Shown piece after piece: positions 55,255-64,000 of a DNA stretch of 64,000 bases. The notes under the pieces are model-generated. The model was not told the origin of the DNA and ran no database searches. It saw only the letters and a program-made list of their open reading frames with translations. Source of the DNA: an uncultured delta proteobacterium (GTDB taxonomy: Bacteria; Desulfobacterota; Syntrophobacteria; Syntrophobacterales; Syntrophobacteraceae); contig CAWEHK010000010.1 in NCBI GenBank assembly GCA_963808625.1, forward strand, positions 1 to 64,000, given 5' to 3'. The first letter of the stretch is position 1, and the number at the start of each line of letters is the position of its first letter. The position numbers and the translations under genes were made by a program.

Positions 55255-56459
55255 TTCTTTCCCACGCCGGATATTCGATCATATCGAAGATTATCTCCGG
55301 GCTTCATTTCATAGCATTCACCCACCGCAGACGCTGAGCCGGAAGCCAGGAGTTCGCTGATGGTAACGAACGTATAGCCCGCCTGCAGCAATTTCGGGAT
55401 AAATAAAGGCAACGCTTCCGCGGTAGCATGCCCCCGCCCATTGGCATGGCAAACGATGATCGAGCCGGGCCGCGTTTTTTCCAGAATCTCTCTGCTTATT
55501 GCACCGGCAGGCTGTCTCGGTGCGGCATCGCCGGTAACCACACTCCATTGTATCGCCGGCAATCCGGAACGAGCGAGGAAATCCAGAGCTTCCTTATTGC
55601 ATGTTCCATAAGGAAAACGAAAGGTTAGCGGCACATTGGGGATTCTTGCGATCTCGTCGGGCGCAACACTTTGCGCGCAGGGCTTTGCCGCCAGCTCTTC
55701 CCACAGGAGCTCATATTGCGCTTGCGTCCAGAGCACCTCTTCGCCAATTCCTTGCGTGTCCAGAGCACGGAAGTTCCGGTGGGCCCAACCGTGATTCCCG
55801 ATTTCAAAGAGCGGGTCAGCCATGAGCTGCATGGTCTTTTCCGGATGTGAGAGCATCCATTTCCCCGAAGCAAAAAAGGTGGCTTTCACCTGGTTGCGCC
55901 GCAGGGTGTTGACGATATCGGCATCGTACCCGGTTATTTCACCCGGCCCTTCGCAAAGATCAAAGGTGAGGGCTATGGGCTTCAGGTTGTCTCTCGGTTT
56001 TACACTTCGAATCGAATTCTGAAACTCGGCTGAGAGAGCCTTCAGCGTATTTTTCGGCAGCATCTTTCCGGGCAAAGGACGGGACCTTGCACCTACGGAT
56101 TTTGTGATCCGCTTTTCCTGCGCTGAACCCTCCAGCTCTTTGGGAGACCAGCAACGATCCAGGATCGCCTGTGAGCCGAAAGTCCGTTGCACCACTTCAG
56201 GATCAGCGGTTGGCGGCGGCATGCCGGCAGTTTCACCCGGCGGCACAGTCACTGTTCCTGCTATATCCTTCGAGTTGGGAGCGGCAGCGGTCGTTTGGTC
56301 GGCCAGACCCAAGGCAACACCACCCGCCGGGAAGCCCACGGCGATAAGGATCATGAATGCAATCAGTGGTCGCTTCGTGGCTGCAATCCCATGTTGAAGA
56401 TGGTTTCGTCTCGTCCTCTGTCTATCAAGATGCCAGCTTGGGGCCGCCATAACAGTCAT
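55251..56459 (-). CDS. Polysaccharide deacetylase (start uncertain)
   Basis: IALTFD; ATFF; EIGNHGWAH; FRFPYG; GSIIVCH. Confidence 0.9.
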   Translation of the reverse strand: MTVMAAPSWHLDRQRTRRNHLQHGIAATKRPLIAFMILIAVGFPAGGVALGLADQTTAAAPNSKDIAGTVTVPPGETAGMPPPTADPEVVQRTFGSQAILDRCWSPKELEGSAQEKRITKSVGARSRPLPGKMLPKNTLKALSAEFQNSIRSVKPRDNLKPIALTFDLCEGPGEITGYDADIVNTLRRNQVKATFFASGKWMLSHPEKTMQLMADPLFEIGNHGWAHRNFRALDTQGIGEEVLWTQAQYELLWEELAAKPCAQSVAPDEIARIPNVPLTFRFPYGTCNKEALDFLARSGLPAIQWSVVTGDAAPRQPAGAISREILEKTRPGSIIVCHANGRGHATAEALPLFIPKLLQAGYTFVTISELLASGSASAVGECYEMKPGDNLRYDRISGVGKK

Positions 56460-56469
56460 TCAAGTAGAA

Positions 56470-56530
56470 TGGTGCCTGGGACGAGACTCGAACTCGTACA
56501 GAGATGAACTCCGAGGGATTTTAAGTCCCT
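56470..56530 (-). tRNA. 3' part of tRNA-Leu(UAA), serving as the att site of the integrated element (not a complete tRNA)
   Basis: Minus strand AGGGAC-TTAAAA-TCCCT, long variable arm, GTTCGAGTC T-loop, CCA; D-arm and 5' acceptor strand replaced by AT-rich DNA. Confidence 0.9.
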
Positions 56531-56572
56531 CAAAATAATTTTCACTCATTTTCACATATTTTAATAAAACGC

Positions 56573-56600
56573 TTGACATAACAAGGTTTATCGCTATTCT
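56573..56600 (+). promoter_or_regulatory. Putative integrase promoter
   Basis: TTGACA-16 nt-TATTCT. Confidence 0.55.
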
Positions 56601-56691
56601 ATCTTCACTGAGTTTAACTCAGTTTGGCCTAAGTTCACCCCAAAGTGTGGGATAAATGTGGGATAGATTTTCAAGGACCAGGAGGCCGACC

Positions 56692-57912
56692 ATGCCAAAA
56701 TGGATCAAAACGAATGTTGAAGGTGTCCGCTATCGGGAACATCCCACCAGGAAACATGGAGTCAGGCGCGACCGCTATTATAGCATCCGCTACAGGCTTA
56801 ATGGTAGGGTCCTGGAACAGGGCGTGGGTTGGGCGTCTAAGGGCGTAACCCTCGAAGATGCTGTCACCAGACGAAAAGAGCTCACAGACAACAAAAAGAA
56901 GGGAAGCGGACCCCTCACGATCAAAGAACAACGAGCTGAGAACGAAGCGAAACGCGAAGCTGAAACCGTCAAGCGCAAACGGGATGTGGAGGCCAACAAG
57001 ACCCTCTCCGAATACTGGAAGGAATCATATTTTCCTGCGGCTCAGCGATCCAAGAAAGCGAGCTCATGGTGTAAGGAAGAAACCCATTTCCGACTGTGGA
57101 TAGGACCCCTCTTCGGAAAACTTCCCCTGCGATCCATCGGGCTCAAGCAATGGGATGAACTCGTCAAGACCCTATCGGCTAAAGGGCTATCCCCGCGCTC
57201 AAAGGAGTACATCTGCGGCACTCTGCGGCGGATTCTGAAGCATGCCTATGACCGGCGCATGGTGGATGATTCCCCACCATCAGGCAAGCGGATCGGTGTC
57301 ACCGGGCCTGGGAAATAACCGGCGCCTTCGCGTGATCTCCCATGAGGAAGAGGCCGCGATTATGGAGAATCTCTCCGTCACCGATATGAACGCATGGCGG
57401 ATAACTCGTTTCTGTTTTCTTACTGGGTGCCGAGCCGGGGAAGCCTTCGCGTTGACCTGGCAGAACGTTGACCGTCAAGCGGTGTGATTGTCTTTGCTGA
57501 AACAAAGAACCGCGATCCCCGGACCATCCCGCTATCAAAACCATTGATGGACCTGTTTGATTCCATGGAGTCAGGAACCCCGGGCCAGCACGTTTTCACC
57601 AAAGCGGACGGATCACCATATCTCGAAGCTCCAAGCGCATTCAGGTCGGCTGTCAAGAATCTCGGGTTCAATCAGGACTACTCGAAACGGGACAAGCTGG
57701 TTTTTCACTCCATCCGGCACACGGTTGCCACCCGGTTAGCTCAGCGTCTTGGACCCCGTGACCTTATGGACGTTATGGGCTGGCGTACCGTTCAGATGGC
57801 AATGCGCTATGTTCACGGCAATGAAGATGCCAAAATGAAGGCACTTGGGATGCTCGGGGCCATACCTGAAACGGGCAAAGTCCTGCCTTTCAAGAATGTG
57901 AGCAACAAATAA
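56692..57912 (+). CDS. Tyrosine integrase (indels near 57312 and 57483)
   Basis: TGCRAGE; ETKN; FHSIRHT; MRYVH; N-terminal arm-binding region. Confidence 0.93.
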
Positions 57913-57917
57913 TCACT

Positions 57918-57971
57918 TTCCAGGGATAGCCGGCGGGCGACAAGCGGGAATCCTCACCCGCTTCCCTGGAA
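57918..57971 (+). ncRNA. Structured RNA motif after the integrase (int-alpA-like candidate)
   Basis: TTCCAGGGA/TCCCTGGAA closing stem and inner AGCGGG/CCCGCT stem. Confidence 0.4.
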
Positions 57972-58000
57972 CCCATGAGGACCGATTAGAGGAGTCGGAC

Positions 58001-58690
58001 ATGGAAAAGTGCAAGCATGATATTGTTGTGTGTTTAGCTGAAACAGAAAAAGAGGCAACCAAAATCATTGAATCACTGACTGCTTTGCATCCAGATTTGA
58101 CCGTATCGAGCGTGCAAAATAATCTGGATAGGCTCCTGAGCATACTCCCTTCATCCACCAGGAAGAAAACCTCCGAGGTCGTTCAAGATATTATGGCGCA
58201 CCAGTATTTTCTTGCTGCATACGAAATAAAACGGCTGATTGCGATACTTGATGGGCATGATTCTGTTGAATCGATCAACCCATGGCTGCTAGCGGATGCA
58301 ATGTATCACATCGGACTCAGGCAGGGCATGTTAAACGAATCCAAATGGCTTTTTCGTGATGACTTTTCCGGGATAGTTCGCTCTCTGCTTGCAAGGGATG
58401 ATCGAAAGAGTGGGCATGAACAAGAAGACATCATCCGTCAACGGTTGTTTGATGATTTTGAAGAGTATGCGCGCGGAAGAATTGCGAAAGGCTACACAGG
58501 GAGCGCCACAACCCTCGTTCGGACTGCATTAAATCTCCCGAAGTTTAGCAAGTTGAAAGCGGCAACAACCCCGGAAATGGATAATAGTGGCGGGCCTATG
58601 GATGGAAAGATCACGAAACGGGCTTTGATTAAGGTAAGGCGGCTTGAGGAGTCTGCCAGGAAACTACTCAAAAACGCGTCTCAAAAATAA
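58001..58690 (+). CDS. Hypothetical protein
   Basis: RBS GAGGAG; 229-aa ORF. Confidence 0.75.
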   Translation: MEKCKHDIVVCLAETEKEATKIIESLTALHPDLTVSSVQNNLDRLLSILPSSTRKKTSEVVQDIMAHQYFLAAYEIKRLIAILDGHDSVESINPWLLADAMYHIGLRQGMLNESKWLFRDDFSGIVRSLLARDDRKSGHEQEDIIRQRLFDDFEEYARGRIAKGYTGSATTLVRTALNLPKFSKLKAATTPEMDNSGGPMDGKITKRALIKVRRLEESARKLLKNASQK

Positions 58691-58839
58691 CCCCAACTAT
58701 TCCCGTCATACGACCAACCTTCATTTTTTGTGCCCGATAGTCTATTGGGCTGCCTTCTAGTCTATCAAGCAATTTGACATGTAATTCCAATAGCTTATGC
58801 TTGCATCACACTGAATCATTAACAGAAGGAGATTCAACG

Positions 58840-59112
58840 ATGCAATGCGATCTAACAGCGCTCAAGAGCAAGTGGCCCAGCGCCTATGTCGCGCGGCGCG
58901 AGGTGGGTATTTTCACTGGCGGGATGATCAGCCCCGGAACCGTGGCCAACGCGGATTGCAAGGAGGAGGGGCCGCAGGGAGCAATCAGAGTGGGCCGGAA
59001 TGTCGCCTATCCCGTGGAAAGTTTCATCGCTTGGCTTGAGACCAGGGTTTCGGTGAAGAGGGGCGATATGAGCAAGGTTCGAGCCGGCAAGAAACGGACC
59101 AGGCTGCAATGA
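58840..59112 (+). CDS. AlpA/excisionase-like DNA-binding protein
   Basis: ISPGTVANAD...GPQGAIRVGRNVAYPVESFIAWL; RBS AAGGAG. Confidence 0.7.
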   Translation: MQCDLTALKSKWPSAYVARREVGIFTGGMISPGTVANADCKEEGPQGAIRVGRNVAYPVESFIAWLETRVSVKRGDMSKVRAGKKRTRLQ

Positions 59113-59182
59113 CCAGGGGCAAAAATAGCAACGCCCGGCGGCGACCGGGCGGCAGGGTGAAACACTCAAAGGCTGGTTCAAA

Positions 59183-61147
59183 ATGACACATTTGGTTGAA
59201 AATGTCAAGCCTGACCTAATTCCCGAAATCAAATCAAGGCTCTCCTGCCGGACCTTATATCAGCGATTGTGGCCGGACAAGTTTCGGGAAAAGGACAACT
59301 GCCTCTCCTTCTGTCACGATGACCGAACGCCCTCCTGCCAGGTGAGCAAAGAGGCGGCTTACTGCCATACCTGCAAGCGAAAATTCGATGCATTAGACCT
59401 GTATTGCGAAGGGACCGGCCTTTCAAAAGGCGATGCGATCCGCGAATTGGCAAAGGAACTCGGGCTCAACAATGGGAGCGAACCATCAAAATCAAACACC
59501 GATTTCACGGCACAGTGGACTCGTCTCGAGCGGAACTCTCTGGCGCCGGGGGCAATTGCCTACCTCGAACAGGAAAGATCTTTGAAGGGTATTGTTGAGC
59601 CATTAAAGAAGACTCACCTTATCGGGTTTTCACCAAGGACAACGCAATGGCCTGCTGCGGTAGCCTTTCCTTTGACGGATTGGCAGAGAACGACACTGCA
59701 AGGGATTCAGTATATCCCAATCGGTGGAGGCGATAAGAAATTCGCCAAAGGCACTCCGGCAAAGGATGTTTTTTTTCGCATGGACGGCAGCGGCGGCAAT
59801 TACCTCGTGCTCACCGAGGGCATTGTTGATTGCCTGTCCGTTCTCGTGGCCTGCAAGACGATTGACGTTGACGTGGCCGCGATCCTCTCCGCCGGATTCG
59901 TTGATAAGCTGGCCCATGTTCCGGGAAACCCCGTTCTGTTCTTCGATAATGACGACAAGGGCCGCGAAGCCACCGCCAAAGCGATCAAGATCACGAAAGG
60001 GAATTGCCGGGTTGTCGATTGGACTATGGCCCCGGCAGGGATGAAAGATTGCAACGATCTCCTGCGGGACGGCCATGCCGATATCATTGAACGCATGATC
60101 CAGGCTTCCAGGATGCCGGAAGACACGACCGACGACGAGCCACCCATTACAATCATATCAGGCTTGGACCTGATATCCGCCGATCTCGGGCACGACAACC
60201 CTGTCATTGTTAAATTGCTTGGCGAAAAGGAATCACTGCTTCTTACCGGGGCCTCCGGCATCGGAAAAAGCCTTTTCGTCAACAATGTTGCCTTGGTTCT
60301 GGGAGATCCGCCCTTGACTGGATTGTGGGGAATGTTCCCAATTCCCAAAGCCGTCAGCAGCATTTTCGTGCAGTCGGAGAACTCCGCCAAAGCCACCCAG
60401 AGGCGTTTAAAAATGATCATGGAGGGAGCACCCTATCTCCGGGGCGGCATCGAAAGAATATTCTATCCCATGATCAAAGACGATATCCGGCTCATTGGTG
60501 ATCTTCAGGAACACGATTTCCAAGAACGGTTGAAGGAAATCATCGCTGCAACCAGGGCCGGCTTACTGATACTTGATCCGCTCATTTCCTACCACTGGAA
60601 AGATGAAAACAGCAATTCAGATATGCGGAAGACTCTGGACTGTCTGACCCTCATTTCTGAGGATAGCGGAGCTGCCTGTCTTGTTGTTCACCATGTTGGC
60701 AAGAACGGAATGAGTGCTCGCGGTGCGTCCGCTATTGAAGATTGGGCTGCAAACATTCTGGCGTTGGAAGAAGTGACACGACATGACAAGACTTTCATCC
60801 AGGCTACCCACAAAAAATCGCGGAACTTTGACAGAGTTCAGCCGTTCTTTTTGGAGCGGACCCGATATCTGGAACTACTGAAGGCGGACCCGCAAGAGGT
60901 TGCCGGAGTCATTGACGTGCTGGAAGCACTCAAGGATGCAGGTGGAGAGGTGAATAAGAAGTCTGAGTTCATCGAGTTGGTAGTTGGTCGGATGAATTGC
61001 AGTGAGGTTACTGCCAGACGAGCCATCGCTAAGGCTCAAACAAGCGGTCTTGTCGTTGAGATCAAAACCGGAAGGAAGAAGGCGTTCAAATTGGCGAACA
61101 GTGATCATGACCCTGAGAATAGTGATCACCACGATAGTGATCAGTGA
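59183..61147 (+). CDS. Primase-helicase: CHC2 zinc finger, TOPRIM and RepA/AAA_25 helicase
   Basis: C..HDDRTPS...CHTC; TEGIVD; FDNDDKG; KDCND; GASGIGKS; LILDPL; VHHVGK; RGASA. Confidence 0.9.
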   Translation: MTHLVENVKPDLIPEIKSRLSCRTLYQRLWPDKFREKDNCLSFCHDDRTPSCQVSKEAAYCHTCKRKFDALDLYCEGTGLSKGDAIRELAKELGLNNGSEPSKSNTDFTAQWTRLERNSLAPGAIAYLEQERSLKGIVEPLKKTHLIGFSPRTTQWPAAVAFPLTDWQRTTLQGIQYIPIGGGDKKFAKGTPAKDVFFRMDGSGGNYLVLTEGIVDCLSVLVACKTIDVDVAAILSAGFVDKLAHVPGNPVLFFDNDDKGREATAKAIKITKGNCRVVDWTMAPAGMKDCNDLLRDGHADIIERMIQASRMPEDTTDDEPPITIISGLDLISADLGHDNPVIVKLLGEKESLLLTGASGIGKSLFVNNVALVLGDPPLTGLWGMFPIPKAVSSIFVQSENSAKATQRRLKMIMEGAPYLRGGIERIFYPMIKDDIRLIGDLQEHDFQERLKEIIAATRAGLLILDPLISYHWKDENSNSDMRKTLDCLTLISEDSGAACLVVHHVGKNGMSARGASAIEDWAANILALEEVTRHDKTFIQATHKKSRNFDRVQPFFLERTRYLELLKADPQEVAGVIDVLEALKDAGGEVNKKSEFIELVVGRMNCSEVTARRAIAKAQTSGLVVEIKTGRKKAFKLANSDHDPENSDHHDSDQ

Positions 61148-61352
61148 GGGGTGAACACCTTGCAAACCTATACAGCGCAACAGTTTAGCAATTGTGATCA
61201 TTGTGATAGTGATCATTCCTGGGTGATCACCTTTGCAAGTAATTGAATTTATTACATATGTGAATAGTGATCATAGTTGTCTCTATAGAGAGAGAAAGGG
61301 TGATCACAATCCCTTTCTCTCTACTGAGACTATAGCCACAAGAAGGTGATCA
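61101..61352. repeat. Iteron array (9 x GTGATCA) with hairpin; putative replication origin
   Basis: Copies at 61101, 61122, 61137, 61194, 61209, 61223, 61267, 61300, 61346; AT-rich 61240-61266. Confidence 0.8.
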
Positions 61353-61354
61353 GA

Positions 61355-61615
61355 ATGAAAATCATTTTATCGGATCGAGTTAAGGCGGTTGTCGAAGATA
61401 GGCCTTTTCCGGATCTCTCTATTGAGGAACATCCCCTTTTGCTGGGGTATCCAAATCAGGACGGCCAGGTCAAATGCGTTTACTGTCTCTCCTACCGGAA
61501 TCACCGATGCACTCATGGTCACCAGTTGGACGGGATATCCCTGCTTCGGGAGTGCGGCGACTTCGGGTTCAACCGAGATGCGTATCAGGACTTCTATTCC
61601 AACATGAAGGGATGA
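61355..61615 (+). CDS. Small Cys-containing hypothetical protein
   Basis: KCVYC...RC...REC. Confidence 0.55.
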   Translation: MKIILSDRVKAVVEDRPFPDLSIEEHPLLLGYPNQDGQVKCVYCLSYRNHRCTHGHQLDGISLLRECGDFGFNRDAYQDFYSNMKG

Positions 61616-61827
61616 TGACAATGGATGAGGACGAACGCCAAGACGTGGCCGGTGCACTCGGCGACATAGCTAGCCAACTGAAGTATCTGGGCAACGGCAA
61701 TGCCGCAACCCAGATGGGCGCTATCGAAGGTCTCGCCATGCAAGTGAAGGCGGGGCTGGATGGTATTGCGGAAGGGCTTCATGCGATTGCGAAGGCCATT
61801 GAGGATCACGTCATGGAGCTGATGTGA
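61612..61827 (+). CDS. Small helical hypothetical protein
   Basis: ATGA-coupled; LKYLGNGNAATQMGAIEGLA. Confidence 0.6.
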   Translation: MMTMDEDERQDVAGALGDIASQLKYLGNGNAATQMGAIEGLAMQVKAGLDGIAEGLHAIAKAIEDHVMELM

Positions 61828-62711
61828 TGATGACAGCAATTAATGAGTCTAGACCGATAAAACAGCGCCGGACGAAATCGGATATGTCAGAGCTGCGGTC
61901 AATCATTTACTCCGTGGTGGAAGAAGACGAACCGATGACCGTCCGCCAGGTCTTCTATCGCCTCGTCACTATGGGAGCTATAAACAAGACAGAGGCCGAG
62001 TATAAAACAACAGTGGTGCGCCTCCTTGGTGATATGCGGCGGGAAGGCCAGTTGCCTTTCCGATGGATTGCAGACAATACGCGATGGGTGAGACAGGCAA
62101 GAACTCACAATTCTGTGCATGACGCTTTAGAGTGGGGCGCCATGAACTATCGCCGGTCGCTATGGTCTGAGGTGCCGGCCTATGTGGAGATATGGCTTGA
62201 AAAAGAAGCGCTGGCAGGAGTGCTCTTTGACGTAACGCATGAATGGGATGTCCCTCTATATGTGACCCGGGGATACCCGAGCTTGTCTTTCTTGCATAGT
62301 TCCGGTCAAGAGATCCGAGGCCGGCAAGATCCCACATATCTCTACTACTTTGGCGACTTGGACCCGAGCGGTGTGGATATTTCGAGAGTGGTCGAGCGGG
62401 GTATCCGAGAGTTTGCTAATAGAGCAGAGATTTATTTTGAGCGTGTGGCTGTCAACTCAGAACAGGTTGACGAGTGGGACCTACCGACCAGACCGACTAA
62501 GCAAACAGACAGTAGGGCTCATAATTTCCATGGCGAGAGCGTGGAGGTTGACGCGATTCTCCCCGATCGTTTGCGCGATCTGTGCCGTTGGGTGATCGAG
62601 AAGCATTTACCACAGGAAGAACGTGAAAGAGTGCTTGCGATTGAAACAGCCGAGCGAGAGTCATTTCAAGAGATTGCTGGTAGGTATTGGCAACAGCAGC
62701 CGAACGCTTGA
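61824..62711 (+). CDS. Stand-alone Top6A/Spo11-like (Mini-A-like) protein
   Basis: MTVRQVFYRL (wHTH Tyr); WLEKEAL; TRGYPS; FGDLDPSG; FERVAV; EVDA. Confidence 0.78.
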   Translation: MMMTAINESRPIKQRRTKSDMSELRSIIYSVVEEDEPMTVRQVFYRLVTMGAINKTEAEYKTTVVRLLGDMRREGQLPFRWIADNTRWVRQARTHNSVHDALEWGAMNYRRSLWSEVPAYVEIWLEKEALAGVLFDVTHEWDVPLYVTRGYPSLSFLHSSGQEIRGRQDPTYLYYFGDLDPSGVDISRVVERGIREFANRAEIYFERVAVNSEQVDEWDLPTRPTKQTDSRAHNFHGESVEVDAILPDRLRDLCRWVIEKHLPQEERERVLAIETAERESFQEIAGRYWQQQPNA

Positions 62712-62814
62712 AAGGCGGCTGAATGACACACCAAGTCACAAGGTGTGCGGGAAGGCCCACGCAGTAAGGAGTTAGGAGTATGGCAACTGACAGTAAATCA
62801 GGTGGTTGGATAAA

Positions 62815-63267
62815 ATGAAGATACTGATCGACACGCGCGAGCAGCTCCCCTACCAGTTCGAGACCGACGCCGAGCCCGGCAAGCTGGACGTGGGCGACTA
62901 TTCGATTATGGGTGGTGAAAGCCTGGTGGCGGTCGAGCGCAAGACGGTTGACGACTTGGTTCAGTGCCTGACGACCGAACGGGACCGCTTCGAGCGCGAG
63001 CTATACCGGGGGAGGTCCCTGGATTACTTCGCCTTGGTGATCGAGGCGAGCCTGAGTGACCTGGCAAATGGCCGTTACAAGTCCCAGGCGCACCCGAAGG
63101 CGATGATTCAGAGCTTGTTGACGTTCAGCGTCCGATATGGGCTTCCCATCTTCTTTGCGGAGAATAGAGGCTATGGCGCGCGGGTGACTGAAAGCCTGCT
63201 GCTGAAGTATGGCCGGGAGTTGGAGCGGCGTTGCCAGCAGATGCAGAAGCTTAATGAAAAGGACTGA
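62815..63267 (+). CDS. ERCC4-domain nuclease
   Basis: IDTREQ; LDVGDYS; VERKTVDDL. Confidence 0.9.
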   Translation: MKILIDTREQLPYQFETDAEPGKLDVGDYSIMGGESLVAVERKTVDDLVQCLTTERDRFERELYRGRSLDYFALVIEASLSDLANGRYKSQAHPKAMIQSLLTFSVRYGLPIFFAENRGYGARVTESLLLKYGRELERRCQQMQKLNEKD

Positions 63268-63273
63268 AAAGTT

Positions 63274-63663
63274 ATGAATACTCCCAGGGAAAGGCTGACT
63301 CCCAAGCAGCAACGGGCATTGACGGCTCTTTTGACAAGCCCCACCCATGTGGAAGCGGCACGGAAGGCGAATATGAGCGTAACCTCGTTATGGCGCATCC
63401 TTCGGAATGAACGGTTCCAGGAAGTCTACAGGGGTATGCGAAAACAGATCATGGAGTCCGTCATCTGGAAGGCACAGCAATCCTGCGGGGAGGCTCTTGA
63501 TACTCTGATGACGATCAACCGAAATGAGGAAGCCAACGATTCACCGAGGCTTCAAGCAGCAAAAGCACTGCTGGAGGTGGGTTTCAAAGGCTATGAGATC
63601 GAACACATGGAAGAGCGCCTCGCAGTGTTGGAAGCCAGGCAGAATGAACTGGGGGCATTATGA
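63274..63663 (+). CDS. HTH protein, terminase small subunit-like
   Basis: LTPKQQRAL...EAARKANMSVTSLWR...F; RLQAAKALL; C-terminal coiled coil. Confidence 0.6.
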   Translation: MNTPRERLTPKQQRALTALLTSPTHVEAARKANMSVTSLWRILRNERFQEVYRGMRKQIMESVIWKAQQSCGEALDTLMTINRNEEANDSPRLQAAKALLEVGFKGYEIEHMEERLAVLEARQNELGAL

Positions 63664-64000
63664 AGCTGGATGGTATGAAGTCGGTAACAAGGCCGGCAGT
63701 CCACAAGAAGCCGGCAAGCAAGAGTATCGAGCAAGCACCGCTCACATGGCTTTCTCTGGTTGCTCAGGATGAACCGGCGCCGGGGGCTGTGCCGGCATTG
63801 GTTGAGGTGTGGAAGCAGCAGAACGTGGAAGAGGTCGAGGAGCAGCCACCGGAGGAGAAACCGGCGTCATTCCCACCGGCGCCACGATACCGGCTTAATG
63901 CGGATGGAAGCTTTTCGGTTTTCGACCCGCCGCCTGCGATTTACATTCCTGAGCCGCCAAGATGGGTGAGCGGCCATGAGGCCAATGCGATTCGGGAAAG
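63660..64000 (+). CDS. Pro/Glu-rich hypothetical protein (partial)
   Basis: ATGA overlap; frame open to the window end. Confidence 0.5.
   Translation, partial: MKLDGMKSVTRPAVHKKPASKSIEQAPLTWLSLVAQDEPAPGAVPALVEVWKQQNVEEVEEQPPEEKPASFPPAPRYRLNADGSFSVFDPPPAIYIPEPPRWVSGHEANAIRE

Larger units (their letters stand above)
56470..64000. mobile_element. tRNA-Leu-integrated phage-satellite-like element (extends beyond the window)
   Basis: att fragment, integrase, AlpA-like gene, primase-helicase, iterons; all genes co-oriented. Confidence 0.88.

Noticed and set aside
56470..56560. Functional tRNA-Leu
   Set aside because: The D-arm and 5' acceptor strand are missing; it is an att duplication.
57300..57490. 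Programmed frameshifting of the integrase
   Set aside because: Cannot be distinguished from the window-wide indel noise.
61101..61352. CRISPR array
   Set aside because: 7-nt repeats with irregular spacing and no cas genes.
61824..62711. Wadjet (JetD) defence system
   Set aside because: No jetABC/SMC genes are in view, and the wHTH Tyr motif fits Top6A-like better.

Overview
A GC-rich bacterial chromosome segment, most consistent with an anaerobic Deltaproteobacterium/Desulfobacterota (inferred from gene content). Many essential genes (frr, uppS, cdsA, dxr, der) carry single-base indels, so most frameshifts are probably long-read errors. From left to right: a nested IS graveyard (1-2.76 kb); a deleted kinase-like/SPASM relic and an exported protein with an IPTL-CTERM-like tail; the core rpsB-tsf-pyrH-frr-uppS-cdsA-dxr-rseP-tsaB cluster; a complete echABCDEF [NiFe] hydrogenase operon; kup, der and a GT2; an IspH-UbiA fusion next to mqnB, a truncated mqnD and a ubiB-like kinase; a 6.5-kb toxin-antitoxin accretion zone including an AbiE-like pair; a PlsA/PlsR(Ger)-like CoA-activase pair; rne/rng, LOG, an rlmI-like gene, dsbC, an MFS transporter, a divergent leuA, HD, GNAT and a polysaccharide deacetylase. 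From 56.47 kb to the window end lies a tRNA-Leu(UAA)-targeted, phage-satellite-like element. It encodes a tyrosine integrase, an AlpA/Xis-like protein, a primase-helicase followed by a GTGATCA iteron array, a stand-alone Top6A/Spo11-like protein, an ERCC4 nuclease and a TerS-like HTH protein. Intergenic DNA is dense with REP-like hairpins and a TA-flanked MITE family that carries REP cargo.
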